The notes below the pieces were generated by a model. It made no database searches, was not told the DNA's origin, and was given only the letters and a program-made list of their open reading frames with translations. Positions 25,224 to 38,310 of a DNA stretch of 64,000 bases are shown piece after piece. The stretch lies in NCBI GenBank assembly GCA_964188305.1, contig OZ076885.1. One strand, given 5' to 3'. A program made the translations under genes and the position numbers. This DNA is from Podarcis bocagei (lineage: Eukaryota). The first letter of the stretch is position 1; each line of letters begins with the position of its first letter.

Positions 25224-25973
25224 GTGAGCTGGGGCAGGGGGAAGGGTAGCGTATGGGTCTGTGTGAACCATGTGCTGCTGCTGTCACTGGTTGTTAACCC
25301 CAATGACTATATGCTGCCTCCAGGATCAGAGGCAGCCGCGTGCTGCTCAGGATACCGGAATTGTCAGGGGACAGTAGCGGGAGAGGGCTAATGGCATCTC
25401 GCTAGCTGGCTTCCCAGAGGCATCTGATTGGTCATTGTGGGAAATGGGATGCTAGACTAGACTATGGATGTGATCCAGCTGCAGAGCTCTTTTTATGGTA
25501 CAGGATGAGGCCCATGAGACCAAAGCTGGGAAGGATGAAGTCTGCCCAGGCCCTTGAGCATCAACTAGTTTTGTGAGAAAAGAGGGGGACCAAGGCCCCA
25601 GCTTCTACTGCCATAGGTGTCTGCAGCACTGTTACCGCAGATGCCCCTTCTCCCCTCAGAGGAGAGACCTCCACTTGCAGCTCCCTAGTCCCAAGTCTTT
25701 CAAGGGCAGGGTTGGGAGAGGTGAAGGTAGAGGTGTGTGTGTGAGAGAGAAAGTTACATTTGATGAGATGGTTATCTTTTAGGCTGAAGAGTATGAGGGC
25801 ATTCCAAGTCTGAAAAGGGTTGGAAGAGATGAAGCTCCATTGTAGCAGTGATGTTTGAGAAAATGGCATTTGGAGAAGTGGATATCTTTCGGCTGCATTG
25901 TGGCGGGGGGCGCAGCTGAGGTCTGCAATGGCCAACTCTATCGCTCTTGACCTAAGGGCTTTCCTCTCTGCAG

Positions 25974-26040
25974 GAACAAGTCTGGCATCTGGGGCTGGCG
26001 CTCTGAGAAGATGGAAAACATCAGCGGCTATGAAGCCAAG
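25974..26040 (+). CDS. ANKRD13D: ANKRD13D exon 7 (NKSGIWGWRSEKMENISGYEAK)
   Basis: cag|g...aag|gtacaa. Confidence 0.95.
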
Positions 26041-26186
26041 GTACAACTCTTCCCCCATTCTTGTTCCTTATGTGTGTAAATCTGAAAAATTCAGCAAAGT
26101 TTAGCTTAGCTTCACTGCTTTGAGGAATCAGGGCTTGTGTTGGATGGGACCAGGTGATATCAATGGTCTCTTTGTCCTTTTTCCAG

Positions 26187-26268
26187 GTTTACAGTGCCAG
26201 CAACGTGGAGCTTGTCACCAAAACCCGTACTGAGCACCTGTCAGACCAGGACAAGACACGCAACAAAG
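26187..26268 (+). CDS. ANKRD13D: ANKRD13D exon 8 (VYSASNVELVTKTRTEHLSDQDKTRNK)
   Basis: cag|gtt...aaa g|gtaaaa. Confidence 0.94.
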
Positions 26269-27398
26269 GTAAAAGCAGATGTTGAACCGCCTCCAGTTGT
26301 GTTGACTCATCCAATGACCCTTCATGCTGCTAGGGATTATTTTACCCTACAATTCCCAGAACTCCGATTAATTGTGTGCTGCACTTGCTGTTTGGTAGCT
26401 CCTGCCTACCCTTTGACCACAAGTGACTTGTCTTCATTAGTCATGATGTGCTCCTCCCATTTACAGGCTTCACCTGGTGGTTAAGAGAACAAAAATGGCA
26501 GCAGCGCATACTGAATATTGGCCTGGTCTATATGTAACGCTCAGCTGAACCATGGCTGAGCAAGAATGAAAATTGCACAAGTGCACCGAGCAAATATTGC
26601 TGCCACTTCATTCCTTCCTGATTCCGCTGCCTAAGAAGCAACAGGATAGATATGGATTTTGGCTGTTGTCCTGTGTAGACAGCTTTCCAAACCACTGGTG
26701 GGAGAGGCAGAGTAAATGGGAATATGTGCACAGCATAACTGTAGGAGTTTGAGAGGGGAGGGACCACTTGGGCCATGCAGGCCAATGGAAGGCACCCACT
26801 TTCATGGAGGAGTCTGAGAAGGAGGATGTCAGGCGGTAGATGGGCTAGCCTTAGCGGCTATGGCAGGTAGAGGAGCCTAGTGATTCCATGGTGCTGGTGG
26901 TTCCATACTGCATCTGGCAATCCTTGTGTAGATCTTCCCCCATAATGTAAAAATCATTCAGTTCATGGATATCAGTATCTGTGGTAGTAATAGAGAGGAC
27001 CTTTTCTGTAGCCACCTATACCCTGCAACTCTGTCGAGAGAGACCCACCTTGACCTCTCCCAGAAGGCCTTTTGCCATAATGCAAAGATCTTCCTTTCTT
27101 GGCAGGCATTTGGTCTGTCGAGCTGCTGACCTTAACCTCCCAGGCAGGTCACTTTCTTTTTTAATCTGCTGCCTCTGCCTCTTTTATCTCTTATCAATGA
27201 CTGTTTTGCTGCATTTTCCTTGGATTTTGTCATTCTAATGTTACTAGCCGCCTTGAACATTGCTGGGTAAAGGCGCTCTAAAACCATTTCAGATAAATAA
27301 AAATAAGATAACGAATAAATTGCACTAAAGTGGTGGAGGTGGTGGTAGGTTCTTTGGAGAAGACTCATTCACTTAGACATCCTCCTTTTGTCTTCCAG

Positions 27399-27460
27399 GT
27401 TCTAAGACTCCATTCCAGTCCTTCCTGGGAATTGCCCAGCAGCATGCTGCCCAGAATGGG
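27399..27460 (+). CDS. ANKRD13D: ANKRD13D exon 9 (GSKTPFQSFLGIAQQHAAQNG)
   Basis: cag|gt...ggg|gtgagt. Confidence 0.93.
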
Positions 27461-27655
27461 GTGAGTGACCAGGTCAGATCCTGCCCGTATATGGGGAAAG
27501 GAGATGCTGGCCCAGCCACACAAATTTAGCCTAGGGGTACATGAGGTGGGGAAGCAGATCACAAGGGGAATGTGCCAGAGAAGGGATTGTGTGGCTCCAA
27601 AGTGTTGGTGTTCTAGTTCCTGCCCAGATCCAGACCCAGATCCTCACTTTTGCAG

Positions 27656-27786
27656 GCCCCTGTACTGCAGTCAGCCAGCCCAACCAACCCAACGTCTATT
27701 ACCCCTGAGGAATACTTTGACCCCAACTTCAACCTGGAGTCCCGCAATATTGGCCGCCCTATTGAGATGTCCAACAAGGTGCAGAG
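27656..27786 (+). CDS. ANKRD13D: ANKRD13D exon 10 (APVLQSASPTNPTSITPEEYFDPNF...KVQR)
   Basis: cag|gcc...ag|gtgaga. Confidence 0.94.
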
Positions 27787-28060
27787 GTGAGAAGGATGGG
27801 GGGATACTGCATGGATTAGTGGGGTGGGGTCAGAAATGGAAGAAGATGTCAGGATGTGACAGCTGGCATGTAACTCTTACAAAAGGTACTCATTTTTCCA
27901 GAGAAAGGTAAGAAACAAAAGGTGGAGGAAATAAAAGCATGTCCCTGCAGATAATTCACCCGTGTAGGGGAGTTGCAGGTCCAGTCTCTCCGTGGGCAGA
28001 TGTTGGGGGCAGGGAGCTGGAGGAATCTCCAGGAAGATTAACATGCTCCTTGTGTGACAG

Positions 28061-28218
28061 GTTCAAGGCCACTCTGTGGCTCTGCGAGGACCATCCCCTC
28101 TCCCTGGTGGAGCAGGTGACGCCCATAATTGACCTGATGGCTATCAGCAACGCCCACTTTGCCAAGCTGCGTGACTTCATCACCCTCAAGTTACCTCCTG
28201 GCTTCCCTGTCAAAATCG
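28061..28218 (+). CDS. ANKRD13D: ANKRD13D exon 11 ([13 protein letters not shown]...PPGFPVKI)
   Basis: cag|g...atc g|gtgaga. Confidence 0.95.
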
Positions 28219-28680
28219 GTGAGAGGTGTGAAGCCTGGCTGGTTGGGGGGACATTATCTGCTCAGGGCGGGGGGGGGGGCAAGGAGACAAGCTGACGGGA
28301 GGCAGAACAAGAGGGGAAGAGAGAAAAAGGAAGGCAGAGAATGAAGCTGTGGGGCTCCGCCTCTCCAGACATTCTTTCTGTTGTACATCCATAATGATTT
28401 GTCCTCATGAAGGCATTGGGGTAGTTCATACACAACCTTGCTTTCAATGTCATTTGTGCCTGCAAAGGTTTCAGAGTGGACATACTGCTTCATTTCAAAT
28501 TGGTGAAATCCTGTAATGTTTCATACCTCAAATGTTCTTGGGTGGGTGCAAGAGTGCCCCTCCAGAGGGCAATAATGCAATAACTTTGGGGAAACATCTC
28601 AGAACAACTAATAAAGCAGAATGATGTCTGCTATAAATGCACCACCAATGCACTGTTATTGCACCTACAGAAAAGAAAAA

Positions 28681-29010
28681 CCTAGATCCATCTGCACTTT
28701 AAATTTAAAGCAGTATCATACCACTTTGAGCAGGCATGGGTTGTTCCCCTCCAAGAATCCTGGGAACTGTAGTTTGAGGGTTCTATGAATTGTTAAAGAG
28801 TTCCCTCTTCTCTTCACAAAGCCAAAATTCTCAGAGTGGTTTAAATCAGCCCCTTTTCCCAGGGAACTCTGGGAATTGCAGGTCTGTGAAGGGAATAAGG
28901 ATCTCCTAATAACTCTCAGAACCCTTAACAAATTACAGCTCCCAGAATTCTTGGGGGGCAGCCATGAATGTTTATATTTAAAGCTGTATTATACTATTTT
29001 ATAGTGCAGT
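28681..29010. mobile_element. Old palindromic MITE-like element
   Basis: Arms 'ccaagaatcctgggaactgtagtttg' and 'caaattacagctcccagaattcttgg' are reverse complements; relatives at ~36745-36935 and ~48160-48460. Confidence 0.6.
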
Positions 29011-29163
29011 CCCCAATTTGGAGAAACCCTCAGCCTTTGTTGTGGGGAAAGGGATAATGTCCTGGGGAGGGGAGTGGTCATGAGGGAAATCAGTGAAAAG
29101 CTTGAAAATAGAGGTTTACCAACCCCCCAACCTCCCTTTGTACATTTTCTTTCTTTTTCCCAG

Positions 29164-29322
29164 AAATCCCCCTCTTCCACGTGCTAAATGCCCGGATCAC
29201 TTTTAGTAACTTGTGCGGCTGTGATGAGCCACTGAGCTCAGTGCGAATCTGTACTCCCACCCACACCCCAGAGAGCACCGAGGAGCCGACTGCTGGGGCA
29301 GAGGCAGCCAACAACACCAAAG
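29164..29322 (+). CDS. ANKRD13D: ANKRD13D exon 12 (EIPLFHVLNARITFSNLCGCDEP...NNTK)
   Basis: cag|aa...aaa g|gtagga. Confidence 0.92.
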
Positions 29323-30375
29323 GTAGGAGGAGCAGGATGGGGTGGGAGCCAGGGTCAGGACTTCCAACAGCTAATCTAAACCTTGGAGGGGGGAGAAGAG
29401 TGGAAGAGGTGGAGGATGTTCCCGCAGGCTGGGAGAGGAAGGGAGGCAGCATTAGGGTGTCGTGGCCGTGAGCCCACATTGCAGAACTGGGAGACAACGG
29501 GGTTAAGAAGGAGATGTGAAAGTGTAAGATGTCTGAGTGACTGGAAAACGGGTGACTCCTCTGTGGAAGGGAAAGCATGCTTTCTAGAACTGACACATCC
29601 TTCTCCATGATCCCGCTACTGACCATCACATTTTAAAAATGGACATATTGGCTCAATATGTTTATCGTCATTTTTTAAAAACATCAAGTCTTTCTGCTTC
29701 AAGAATGCTAGCGCAGCCATGTTCCTTTTGTTTCCCATTGATGTGCCTGAGAAAGTGGGAGCTATGCCTGCTTGTTGCCACCTTTAGGCTTATGCAGACA
29801 ACCTGTGTATTCAACTTTTACCCGGATTTGCTTGCGCAAAGCTTACACGGAGGTTAGATTGTATCTGGTTTTTATTGAGCATTCATTCTGATTGGTTTGT
29901 GGGCCAGCTATGCCCCAACAAGCATTCATCCCACATTCATCCTGATTTGCTTGCAGGCTGTTGGTATGGCTTCCTGTTAGTCATTTGCTCACCCTGCAAT
30001 TTTCAGTGCACTTCCCCACCCCTTCCCAAACTGCAAAAACGCTGGATTCTTTTTAAAACAGCATTTTTTTGTGCGAGGGCAACAGAGCCCTTCAATCCAC
30101 TTCAGTTGCGCAAACCTAAATTTCCGGTGCGTGTTGAGTCTCCTGCAAATTTGTGACAATCAGGAGGGACTTTTTGTTAAAGAGGCCCAGCCCATTTGCT
30201 GCTTGCCTTAGGCCCTAGGGAGATGTCCTTTGGCAAAAGTTTTTAAGAGCCCTTTTCATGGGTGGAGAAAGTGAGGCAAAGATGAAGGGACTGGTCTTTG
30301 GTGACACAGGAGATTGCAGAAGTTGCGTAGTCCGTTGGCCAGCGTGCTAACCATTGTTCTCCCTTCCTCCCCCAG

Positions 30376-30539
30376 TGTACCCTTTCCCCTGCGAGGTGGA
30401 CCCATCAGTTTTTGAGGTGCCCCAGGGCTATACAATGTTGGGCGCAGGTCGTACAGAGCCCATGCGGGACGAGGATGATGACCTGCTCCAGTTTGCCATT
30501 CAGCAGAGCCTCCTGGATGCTGGCACAGAGACAGACCAG
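30376..30539 (+). CDS. ANKRD13D: ANKRD13D exon 13 (VYPFPCEVDPSVFEVP...UIM1...ETDQ)
   Basis: cag|tg...cag|gtgact. Confidence 0.94.
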
Positions 30540-31058
30540 GTGACTGGGAGGGCGGAAACCTGCCTGCGCTGGGGTGAAAACGGGTCCATTATAGCAGGGA
30601 GGCATGACTAACTGGTTCTTGGAGGGAGGGCACACGGTGCCAGGATGCTTGTGCGGGGACCAAGTAGAGGTTGGATTGAGTGGTGTAGCAAACTAACTCC
30701 CAGTTGTTGGCACTCAGAGTGGAGATAATTCTTGGCTGCCACTTATAAATGTAGCACTGAGTGCTTTGCAAACCTTGATCTCATTAAGGCCTTTACATCC
30801 CAGTAGGAACTGGTGATTATATATTTCCTTTTTGCATGTGTGCGTGTTTGTGTGAGGGGGTGGAACCTGAGGCCATCAGATTATGGCTTGCCTCAGACCT
30901 CCCAGAGAGTCCATGGCTTAACCAAAGCATTATGGCTTATTATTTTAGCATTATTCCAAGTCCAAGCCTCAAATTATTACCTGCTACAGCAGGAGCACAC
31001 ACCCATTCTGCCTCTTTGCTATCGGTTTTAGCATATTCATTCTTGTGTGTTACACCAG

Positions 31059-31138
31059 GTGACCATCTGGGAAGCTCTGACCAACACACGGCCAGGATCC
31101 AATCCTCCATCCTATGATGAGGAGCTACAGCTGGAACG
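31059..31138 (+). CDS. ANKRD13D: ANKRD13D exon 14 (VTIWEALTNTRPGSNPPSYDEELQLER)
   Basis: cag|gtg...cg|gtgagt. Confidence 0.94.
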
Positions 31139-34100
31139 GTGAGTGTTTCCGTAGCAAGAAGAAAGAGGTGGTATTACGGATTCAGTTCTGCAACCTGTAT
31201 GTTAAGGTGTATTATTTTCTAAAACCTACTTTGTGGTCACTTGGTCCACCCACCAGCAGCAATTCCATCTTAGCTGGATTGAGCTTCAGTCTTGCCAGGC
31301 CTCATCCACACCCTCACTGCTTCCAGATACTGTTTCAAGGATTTCACTGCCTCAGTGGGGTTTAAGAAAAAGCAGACAGAACTGAGCAGGATCTCCCTAT
31401 CCTCACAAGACCTCTCCCATCGGCTGAATGCAGTGTTCTTCCCCAACTGTTTTCCTTCATATTCCACTATAAAACGGGGTGCAGGGCATCTCCCTCGGTC
31501 ACCTCACACTCCCCTTCTCTCATCCTTTCTTACCAAGCAGAATGGGAATGCCCTCTTGGGGAACGTGATGGCAATGAAGGAATTGGGGCATGCTTGAATT
31601 AGCTTCCAGTGCGTCACCCATGAATGGAGTTTGCCTGCTTGTAAGTGATATACCCGTCTGTCTGGGAGATCCCCAGGAACTGGCATAGGTGCTACGAGAA
31701 ACTGAGTTTGGCATAGTTCAGATTGTAAACACTTTGAAGATGGGTAAAAATCCTCCAGCTCAAGCAGATGCAAATGTATTTGGAGAAATATCCCCTCTTC
31801 AGCCTTCATAATTGTGGGTGTTATGTGGACCTAGCTGGTTTTCCTACCACCTCCTCTCACCTTACACTCTCATGCATTTGGCCACTCTGCCTAGTATGAA
31901 GTGTGATTGTTTATCTGTCACGTGGATCTTCTTCCGTGTGAGGAAAATAAGGCTGATGTACAGCTTTATATCCTTCTGGGGGCATGGATGGGGGCTTTTT
32001 TGGGAGGCGCTTGTGATATTTCACATTCAGCTGTAAGATTCCTATGTGGGTTTTTGCAACGGTGCCAGTTCTTATTTCTAATAATAATTTGAAAATCTCT
32101 TGAACAATTGCAGTCTGCCAGTGGGTGGAAAGCAAGCACCACCCGCTTTCCGGCACCAATTGGAGAACGATGCCAACAGAACTGAGAAGGCTGAGAGAGC
32201 CTGAAGGAAGTTTTTGGGTATGAGTAACCACCCATTGCTCTACAAGCACAGAGCTTCCTTAAAATTCAGCAGTTGAGAGAAGACTGAAGGCACATTTGCA
32301 CCTATGCTCTCAAGCAGCAGGAATTTACTCCCAGCAGTAACTTCTGAGATAACAGAATCTTAGAATTGTGGGGTTGGAAGGGACCACATGGGTCATCTAG
32401 TCCAACCCCCTGCAATGCAGGAATTTAGTTTGTTTCTTCTGTGTTGTCAACACTGCAGTTTAGTTTACTCCTACCATTCAGGCAGTGCAGACAGCCCAGA
32501 AGTGACATACTTTACTCCAATTCTGCCCCCTGTGTCTACTCAAACGCTATCTCAGGACCAAATAACATCAGCCATTCCGTTAAGGGTTCATTGGCCTGTG
32601 CATCTTCTCATGTGACGTACGCTGTCATCTGCTGACAATGCCGTTGTTTACATGGGTCAGACTGCTCACTTGTGACATGAAGGAATAAACAGACACAAAT
32701 CAGACATGGAAATAGTCACAGAAGCCAAGGCAAGAGGAGCATTTCAGTCTCCCAGAACTTATTGAAACAGACCTTGAGGTCCCCTCCTTAAAAGTACAAG
32801 CAGACCACAAAGTTTCAAATGGCAGTTCTTGTGTGAGACCGGGCTGGGGGGCTGTTCTTTAATTTTTCTTACATTTATATCCCACCTTTCTTCCAGCATA
32901 CAGATGGTTCACAGGTGGTCTCCCAGGCACTGACCAGGCTCACACCTTCAGCAAAGAGCTGGCCTTAGGTGCTTTCAGATCACTTCAGCCATTAGCTCAA
33001 ATTCATCACCAAGTCTGCTGCAGTGAAACTTGGACTTGATGAAGACCAGGAGTGGCTAGTTAACTAACATATTTGTCTTTCTTTTGGTCTTTATTTACCT
33101 GATTCAGCTTGTTGTTCCTAGTCACCCCAGAAGATCCTTGTTGAGAAAGAGTTACACCTGCTCTGAGTGGGTCCATCAATCAAATGAATGTAGTTTTATT
33201 TGTGCTCTGGCTAGTATTGTGGCAAACCTGCTGCTATCTTTTGTATTGCTTGTGGTGGGGAGGTTGGCCTCACCTTGTGGAAAGAAAGGTTCACTCTCTA
33301 CTTTGTGGGTAGGTTCCCACTTTGGCAGCCACTCCATCTAACAAAATGGGCTTTAGCCCTCAAAAAGTTCATGGTGCAAAATGGCCACAGTCTTTACAGT
33401 ACCACAAGATGCTTTATTCTCGTCACTGAAACAGACTACGCGTGCAAAATTGCCCTGGCAGTAATCTTAGCAGTAAACGACAGCTGTTTTGAGAGAATTG
33501 GTGTGAACATTCCCTGCACTGATCCAGAACTGGGGCAAGCCCTTTGCTGAGATGTAGAGTATAGCAGTGTAGGTAAGAGCACACATAGACTGCATCAGAG
33601 GAGATCCTTTAGGCTTCTTGTAGGGCATAGAAAGGCATAAGGAGTGAAAACCAGGGAACAAACAGGGGGGAAACCCCTGGGTCATGGTGTGGCCTGTGCA
33701 GGCAGTGAGGTGTTTTCTTCACTACAAGCAGTAGCCTCTTCCCCTTTCTCCCACATGTCCTGAGTTGCTGCCCAGCAGGGAACCCACCCACAGTTGTGAT
33801 GCATCGCAACAATCTGGGGACAACAGGAAGAAAAAACACAAGCCTTTCAAAGGCTAGATGACTGCTGTTTATCCAATCCAGATAAGATGGAAAAATTGTT
33901 GATGGGTAATGCCTATGTCCAGAGAATGCTATCCAATCTGTTCTGCATAGGATTATACTCTGAAGAATCATTCTTACGGTTTAGGGGGCTTCTACACCCC
34001 ACTTTCTCACTAGAGGCCCAAGTGGGACAGAGCACCTTGAGACAAGTGCACCAGCTTGCGGCTCTGCCCTGGACAAGGGGGTAGCCTATACTTTGGGTTT

Positions 34101-35000
34101 CCATTCCCTGGTAACTTCAAAGCTTGGTTACTGAAATAAATTCTACATGGGAGTACCTTTGAAAACTGCCCAGAAACTGTAATTAATGCAAAATACAACT
34201 ACTAGACTGTGAAATGGGATGAGGTGTTTCAAACGTATCACCAACATTTAAACAACTGTACTGGCCCCTGGTTCATTTCTGAGAGCAATCTGAAGTGTTG
34301 GGCTTGGGGCCTGAAGAGTCCCCTAATCACAAGATGAGCCTTTCGATGAAGTAAGGTCAACTTTGGAGGGTCTTCACTGTGTATCCCCACCAGCTAAAGC
34401 CACAGTGGCCCAAAGGCCTAATTAGGCCCACCAGGGCTTTGAATTTGGCCATGAATTAAGCCTTCCAGGCCATTTTGGGCAAACCAGCTGTCAGGTTATC
34501 TTTGATGTAAAATGATGTGGAAATGCCCTGGAAAGTGTGAGATAACACTTGCTTTGAGATAACATCATCTAGCTTCCTTGCAAACCTTTAGATAGCAGGG
34601 AGATTAGACAAGGTTGGCTAACAAATGGGCATGGATGTTCAGTAAACAGGTAGCTTTGAAGCACCCTCAGTGTGAAAATAGGTGTATTACAATTACACAA
34701 AAAGCACTGTTTTTAACCTGTGAATTGTATTGATGCAGAGAGCACCAGAAAGCTATCAGGCACACTGGGAACCAGACTGAGCCAAAGGCCAGCCCATTTC
34801 TTTATTTTTTACTAGCATCCAGCAGGCTCTGGGCAGTTGTGTGGGAACGGAGGAAGCCCAGATTGGGCTTGGGGGTGTTGGGACATATCTGAGAGCAGCT
34901 TGAGCAAGCTTGCCTGAACCAGGCCTGAGAAGCATGACCAAGTAGCCATATCTTGCTGCCCTGTTTGCTGATGCCTCCTTCTCATTCTGTGTCCTCCCAG

Positions 35001-35280
35001 GGCTATCCAGGAGAGCATGTTCCTTCAGGCGGGGCCAGGCCTGAGCCCAGTGGAGTCTGGAGGTGGCAACGGTGGCGCTCCTCCTCCCGAGAGCAGCCCA
35101 CCTCTCAGCACCAATGGGGGTGGCTCCTCGGCCTTGCCCCCGCCCTACCCCAGCTTTGATGAGCAGCTGCGCTTGGCCATGGAGCTGTCTTCGAGGGAGC
35201 AGGAGGAGAGGGAGCGCCTACGCCGTGAGGAGGACGAGGAGCTGCAGCGCATCCTCCAGCTCTCTCTGACGGAGAAGTAG
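35001..35280 (+). CDS. ANKRD13D: ANKRD13D exon 15 (AIQESMF...UIM3, UIM4...LSLTEK*)
   Basis: cag|g gct atc; stop TAG ends at 35280. Confidence 0.95.
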
Positions 35281-36060
35281 CGTCCTAGCCTCCCTCAAGC
35301 CTCACACCGCCCAGCCTAGCTGTCCTTGCCGTCATTGTATTTTTAACCTCTGGGGGTGGGGTGGGTTTCATGCTTTGCCCCTTCCCAGTTGAGGGTCAGG
35401 CTGGATGTGAGAAGACAGCGCCTTCTGCATTTCCTGGGACTCACTCGGTTCCATCCTCTGGTATTATTTCCTGTAAGATTTTTTTTAAAATTTTCTTTAT
35501 ATCCTCAACCTTCACTGAGGAAATGTTTTCTACAGCACAGAGAGGCAGGTTGGAGAAGAGGAGCAGCAACAAATAAGAAGGAGACGGGATGTGGGGCGGG
35601 GGGGGGGGAGAGACGTTGAGGAAATTTTTATCATGAGATTTTTCTGAGACTGATGGTGAATGTGCTGCTTTCTCTTTCCTTGCAAGGGTTTGGGCCTGTT
35701 GAGGACGGGACCAAGTTGGGAAGTGGCAATAGAAGGCGGTGGGGAAGCCTGGAGCTTGATGCGCTGATGTTTTGCGGTGAGACCTGAAACCAGGCTGCCG
35801 TGTGGTGAATAATTTTCAGTCCCGCGTTTTATTTTCCTCCTCATTGCGAGCTGCTGCTCTCCCTGCCCCCCTTATTTTTAATTTATTTTATTTATATCTC
35901 TAAAGATATATACAAGAAGGGGAGTGGGAGGTATGTGGTTTTTGTTTTTTTTTAAGAAACTGAACCCAGTGGGTCTAAAGGGAACAGCTGTGCCCACTCC
36001 TGAGCGGCTTTCTCCTGTCGTCTGGGAACCAGGCACAGGGGGCTCTGGGCAGCAGGAACT

Positions 36061-36070
36061 ATTAAATAAA
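36061..36070 (+). terminator. Probable ANKRD13D polyadenylation signal (overlapping ATTAAA/AATAAA)
   Basis: attaaataaa ~780 nt after the stop codon, followed by U/GU-rich sequence. Confidence 0.7.
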
Positions 36071-36176
36071 ACTAAGAAACCAGCATTGCTCTTCTGTGAC
36101 GTTCTTCCATCTTGGTCTCGGGTTGCATGGCTGTGACATAAACATAAAACTTGGCTCCAGAACCTGCTAGGATTTA

Positions 36177-36530
36177 CAGTGGTACCTCGCAAGACGAATG
36201 CCTCGCAAGACAGAAAACTCGCAAAACGAAAGGGTTTTTGGTTTTTTGAGTTGCTTCGCAAGACGATTTTCCCTATGGGCTTGCTTCGCAAGACGGAAAC
36301 GTCTTGCAAGTTTGTTTCCTTTTTCTTAAAACCGTTAATACAGTTGCGACTTGACTTCGAGGAGCAACTCATAGCACGCGGTGTGGTAGCCTTTTTTGAG
36401 GTTTTTGAAGACTTTGGTATTTTTGAAGCTTTTCCAAAACTTTTCCGACACTGTGCTTCGCAAGACGAAAAAAACCGCAAGACGAAAAAACTCGCGGAAC
36501 GAATTAATTTCGTCTTGTGAGGCACCACTG
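36177..36530. mobile_element. Tc1/mariner-superfamily MITE (second family)
   Basis: TA|CAGTGGTACCTCGCAAGACGAA ... TTCGTCTTGTGAGGCACCACTG|TA; internal TCGCAAGACG repeats; CpGs retained. Confidence 0.88.
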
Positions 36531-38124
36531 TATGTGGCTCTCCTTATGAAAATTAGGAAACATGCTAATTAGTATAATCACAAAAAACCCCAAAACCCTG
36601 ATAGTTTGAACCATAAAAACATTATACCAGCATTATTTTGTTCCTAATGATCCCTAGCATGGGATTTGCCTTTTTCACAGCTGCCACACGCCTGTTGACA
36701 TCATTTTCACCAAGATATCCACTATGACCACAAGGTCTTTCCTAGGCTGCATACAAACTACACCCTTAAAGCACATTCAGAACATACTGTCCCTTCCCAG
36801 AATTCTGGGCACTGTAGTTTGTTCAATGTTGCTGGGAACCGTAACCCTCTGAGAGGTGAACTACAGTACCCAGAATACTTTTGAGGGGGGATGTGCTTTG
36901 AATGTCCTTTAAAGGTATATAGTGTGTGTGCAGCCCTGGTCAGTCACTGCCAGTTCAGACCCCATTACTATATATGTCAAATGAGGATTTATTTTACTTA
37001 CATTGAATTGTGTTTGCTATTTTAAGTTCACCCAGTTTGGAGAAATTCTTTTGGAACTCCTTGCAATCCCTTGTTTTGTTTTGACAACCCAGAACAAGTT
37101 AGTATCATGAGCAAACTTTGCTCCCTCAATACACTAATGGGACTCCATATGTTGGTGATAGTCTGTATCCATTTTGGTAAACGATAAGGTTTACAAGCTG
37201 CTTTAGGGTCTTCAACAGGCTACGTTGCTATTAATTCCCAATTTGGTGGGAGCAATAGCAGAGAGGGCAGGTGGGGGGTGAGAGAGGGAGGGAGGATAAT
37301 ACGATCTTGGAGTTGTAGAGTAGTACCATCCTTTTTCTTACAACTGTATTCAGAAAGTGTTCAGTTTAAATCATTAAGTGAAATCTACACACTTCCTTTG
37401 CCCTCATTGCCCTGTTGACAATGACAGTAAAGCAACAACTAGCTTAGTTTCTTGGCAGAGTCTACCCTCCACCTTTGCTTCCTCCCTTCCTGCCAATAGT
37501 ACACAGCCCTTGCACTATCTAGATTCTAGACCATGTGCATCATTTTGCACCAATACTCTTCCTTTTCCCCATTGCTCTTCGTCAACACATCTCTGCCACT
37601 CCTTGTCCCTACATGTCCTTTCTTAACTTTAATCAAACCGACAACTTCCATCTTGCCTCAAAAAAACCAATGGATTTGTTCTCTGAGTCACTGAAATTAT
37701 ATGTCTGCTCAGCCAACATAGCATCATAGTTTTGGACTGCCCAAGTGCAAATATATACATACACTACTCTTTGTATAAATCCCTGTTGGCCTTGCCTGAC
37801 ACAATGCATATCCCCATCTAGTGTGCATACATAGAACTGCAATTTGTCTCTATCTCCCTCCCTTCCTCTCCTGCTCCCCCCTTGCTCAATCTTCTGCATG
37901 GTGCAATTTAGGAAGCCAGGCACGATGATTGTACACTGAAGAACCATGGCTGCCACGTGATAGCACAGTGTCTCATAGGACCTTAAACAGAGCAGGTGAC
38001 AATGGTACTGTTAAAATTGCTTTGGCTGGTTTCAGTTGCCAAGTCTCCCCTGCCAGTTTGGAAGGTGTGCAAGGGGCTCCCGAGAGCTGCTCTGCCTTAA
38101 CCAGCTGCATTTTGGGGGAAGAGC

Positions 38125-38310
38125 TGTACCCAGTGGTAGTGCAGCACATGCTCTGCAACCAAAGATCCCGGGTTCAACCCCTGGTGTCTCCAGCTGGGGC
38201 TGGGAAATGGCTTCCCAATCTGAAACCCTTAAGGAGGTGCTGCCAGAGAGTGCAAGCAATACAACTGACCTAGACATGCCAATAGCCCGATTTGCTATAA
38301 AACAGCTTCA
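38125..38310 (+). mobile_element. tRNA-derived SINE, degenerate
   Basis: 'cagtggtag...cccgggttcaacccctgg' head; same body as the 24520 copy. Confidence 0.6.

Larger units (their letters stand above)
18510..35280 (+). other. ANKRD13D: ANKRD13D gene, complete coding span: 15 exons, 1914 nt, 637 aa (ankyrin repeats, central ANKRD13 domain, four UIMs)
   Basis: All exons join in frame with GT-AG sites; translation matches human ANKRD13D as recalled ([34 protein letters not shown], UIMs); syntenic between GRK2 and SSH3. Confidence 0.95.

Noticed and set aside
35878-36528. 216-aa minus and 113-aa plus ORFs over the MITE
   Set aside because: They span a non-autonomous repeat with internal tandem motifs; no DDE or HTH transposase features.
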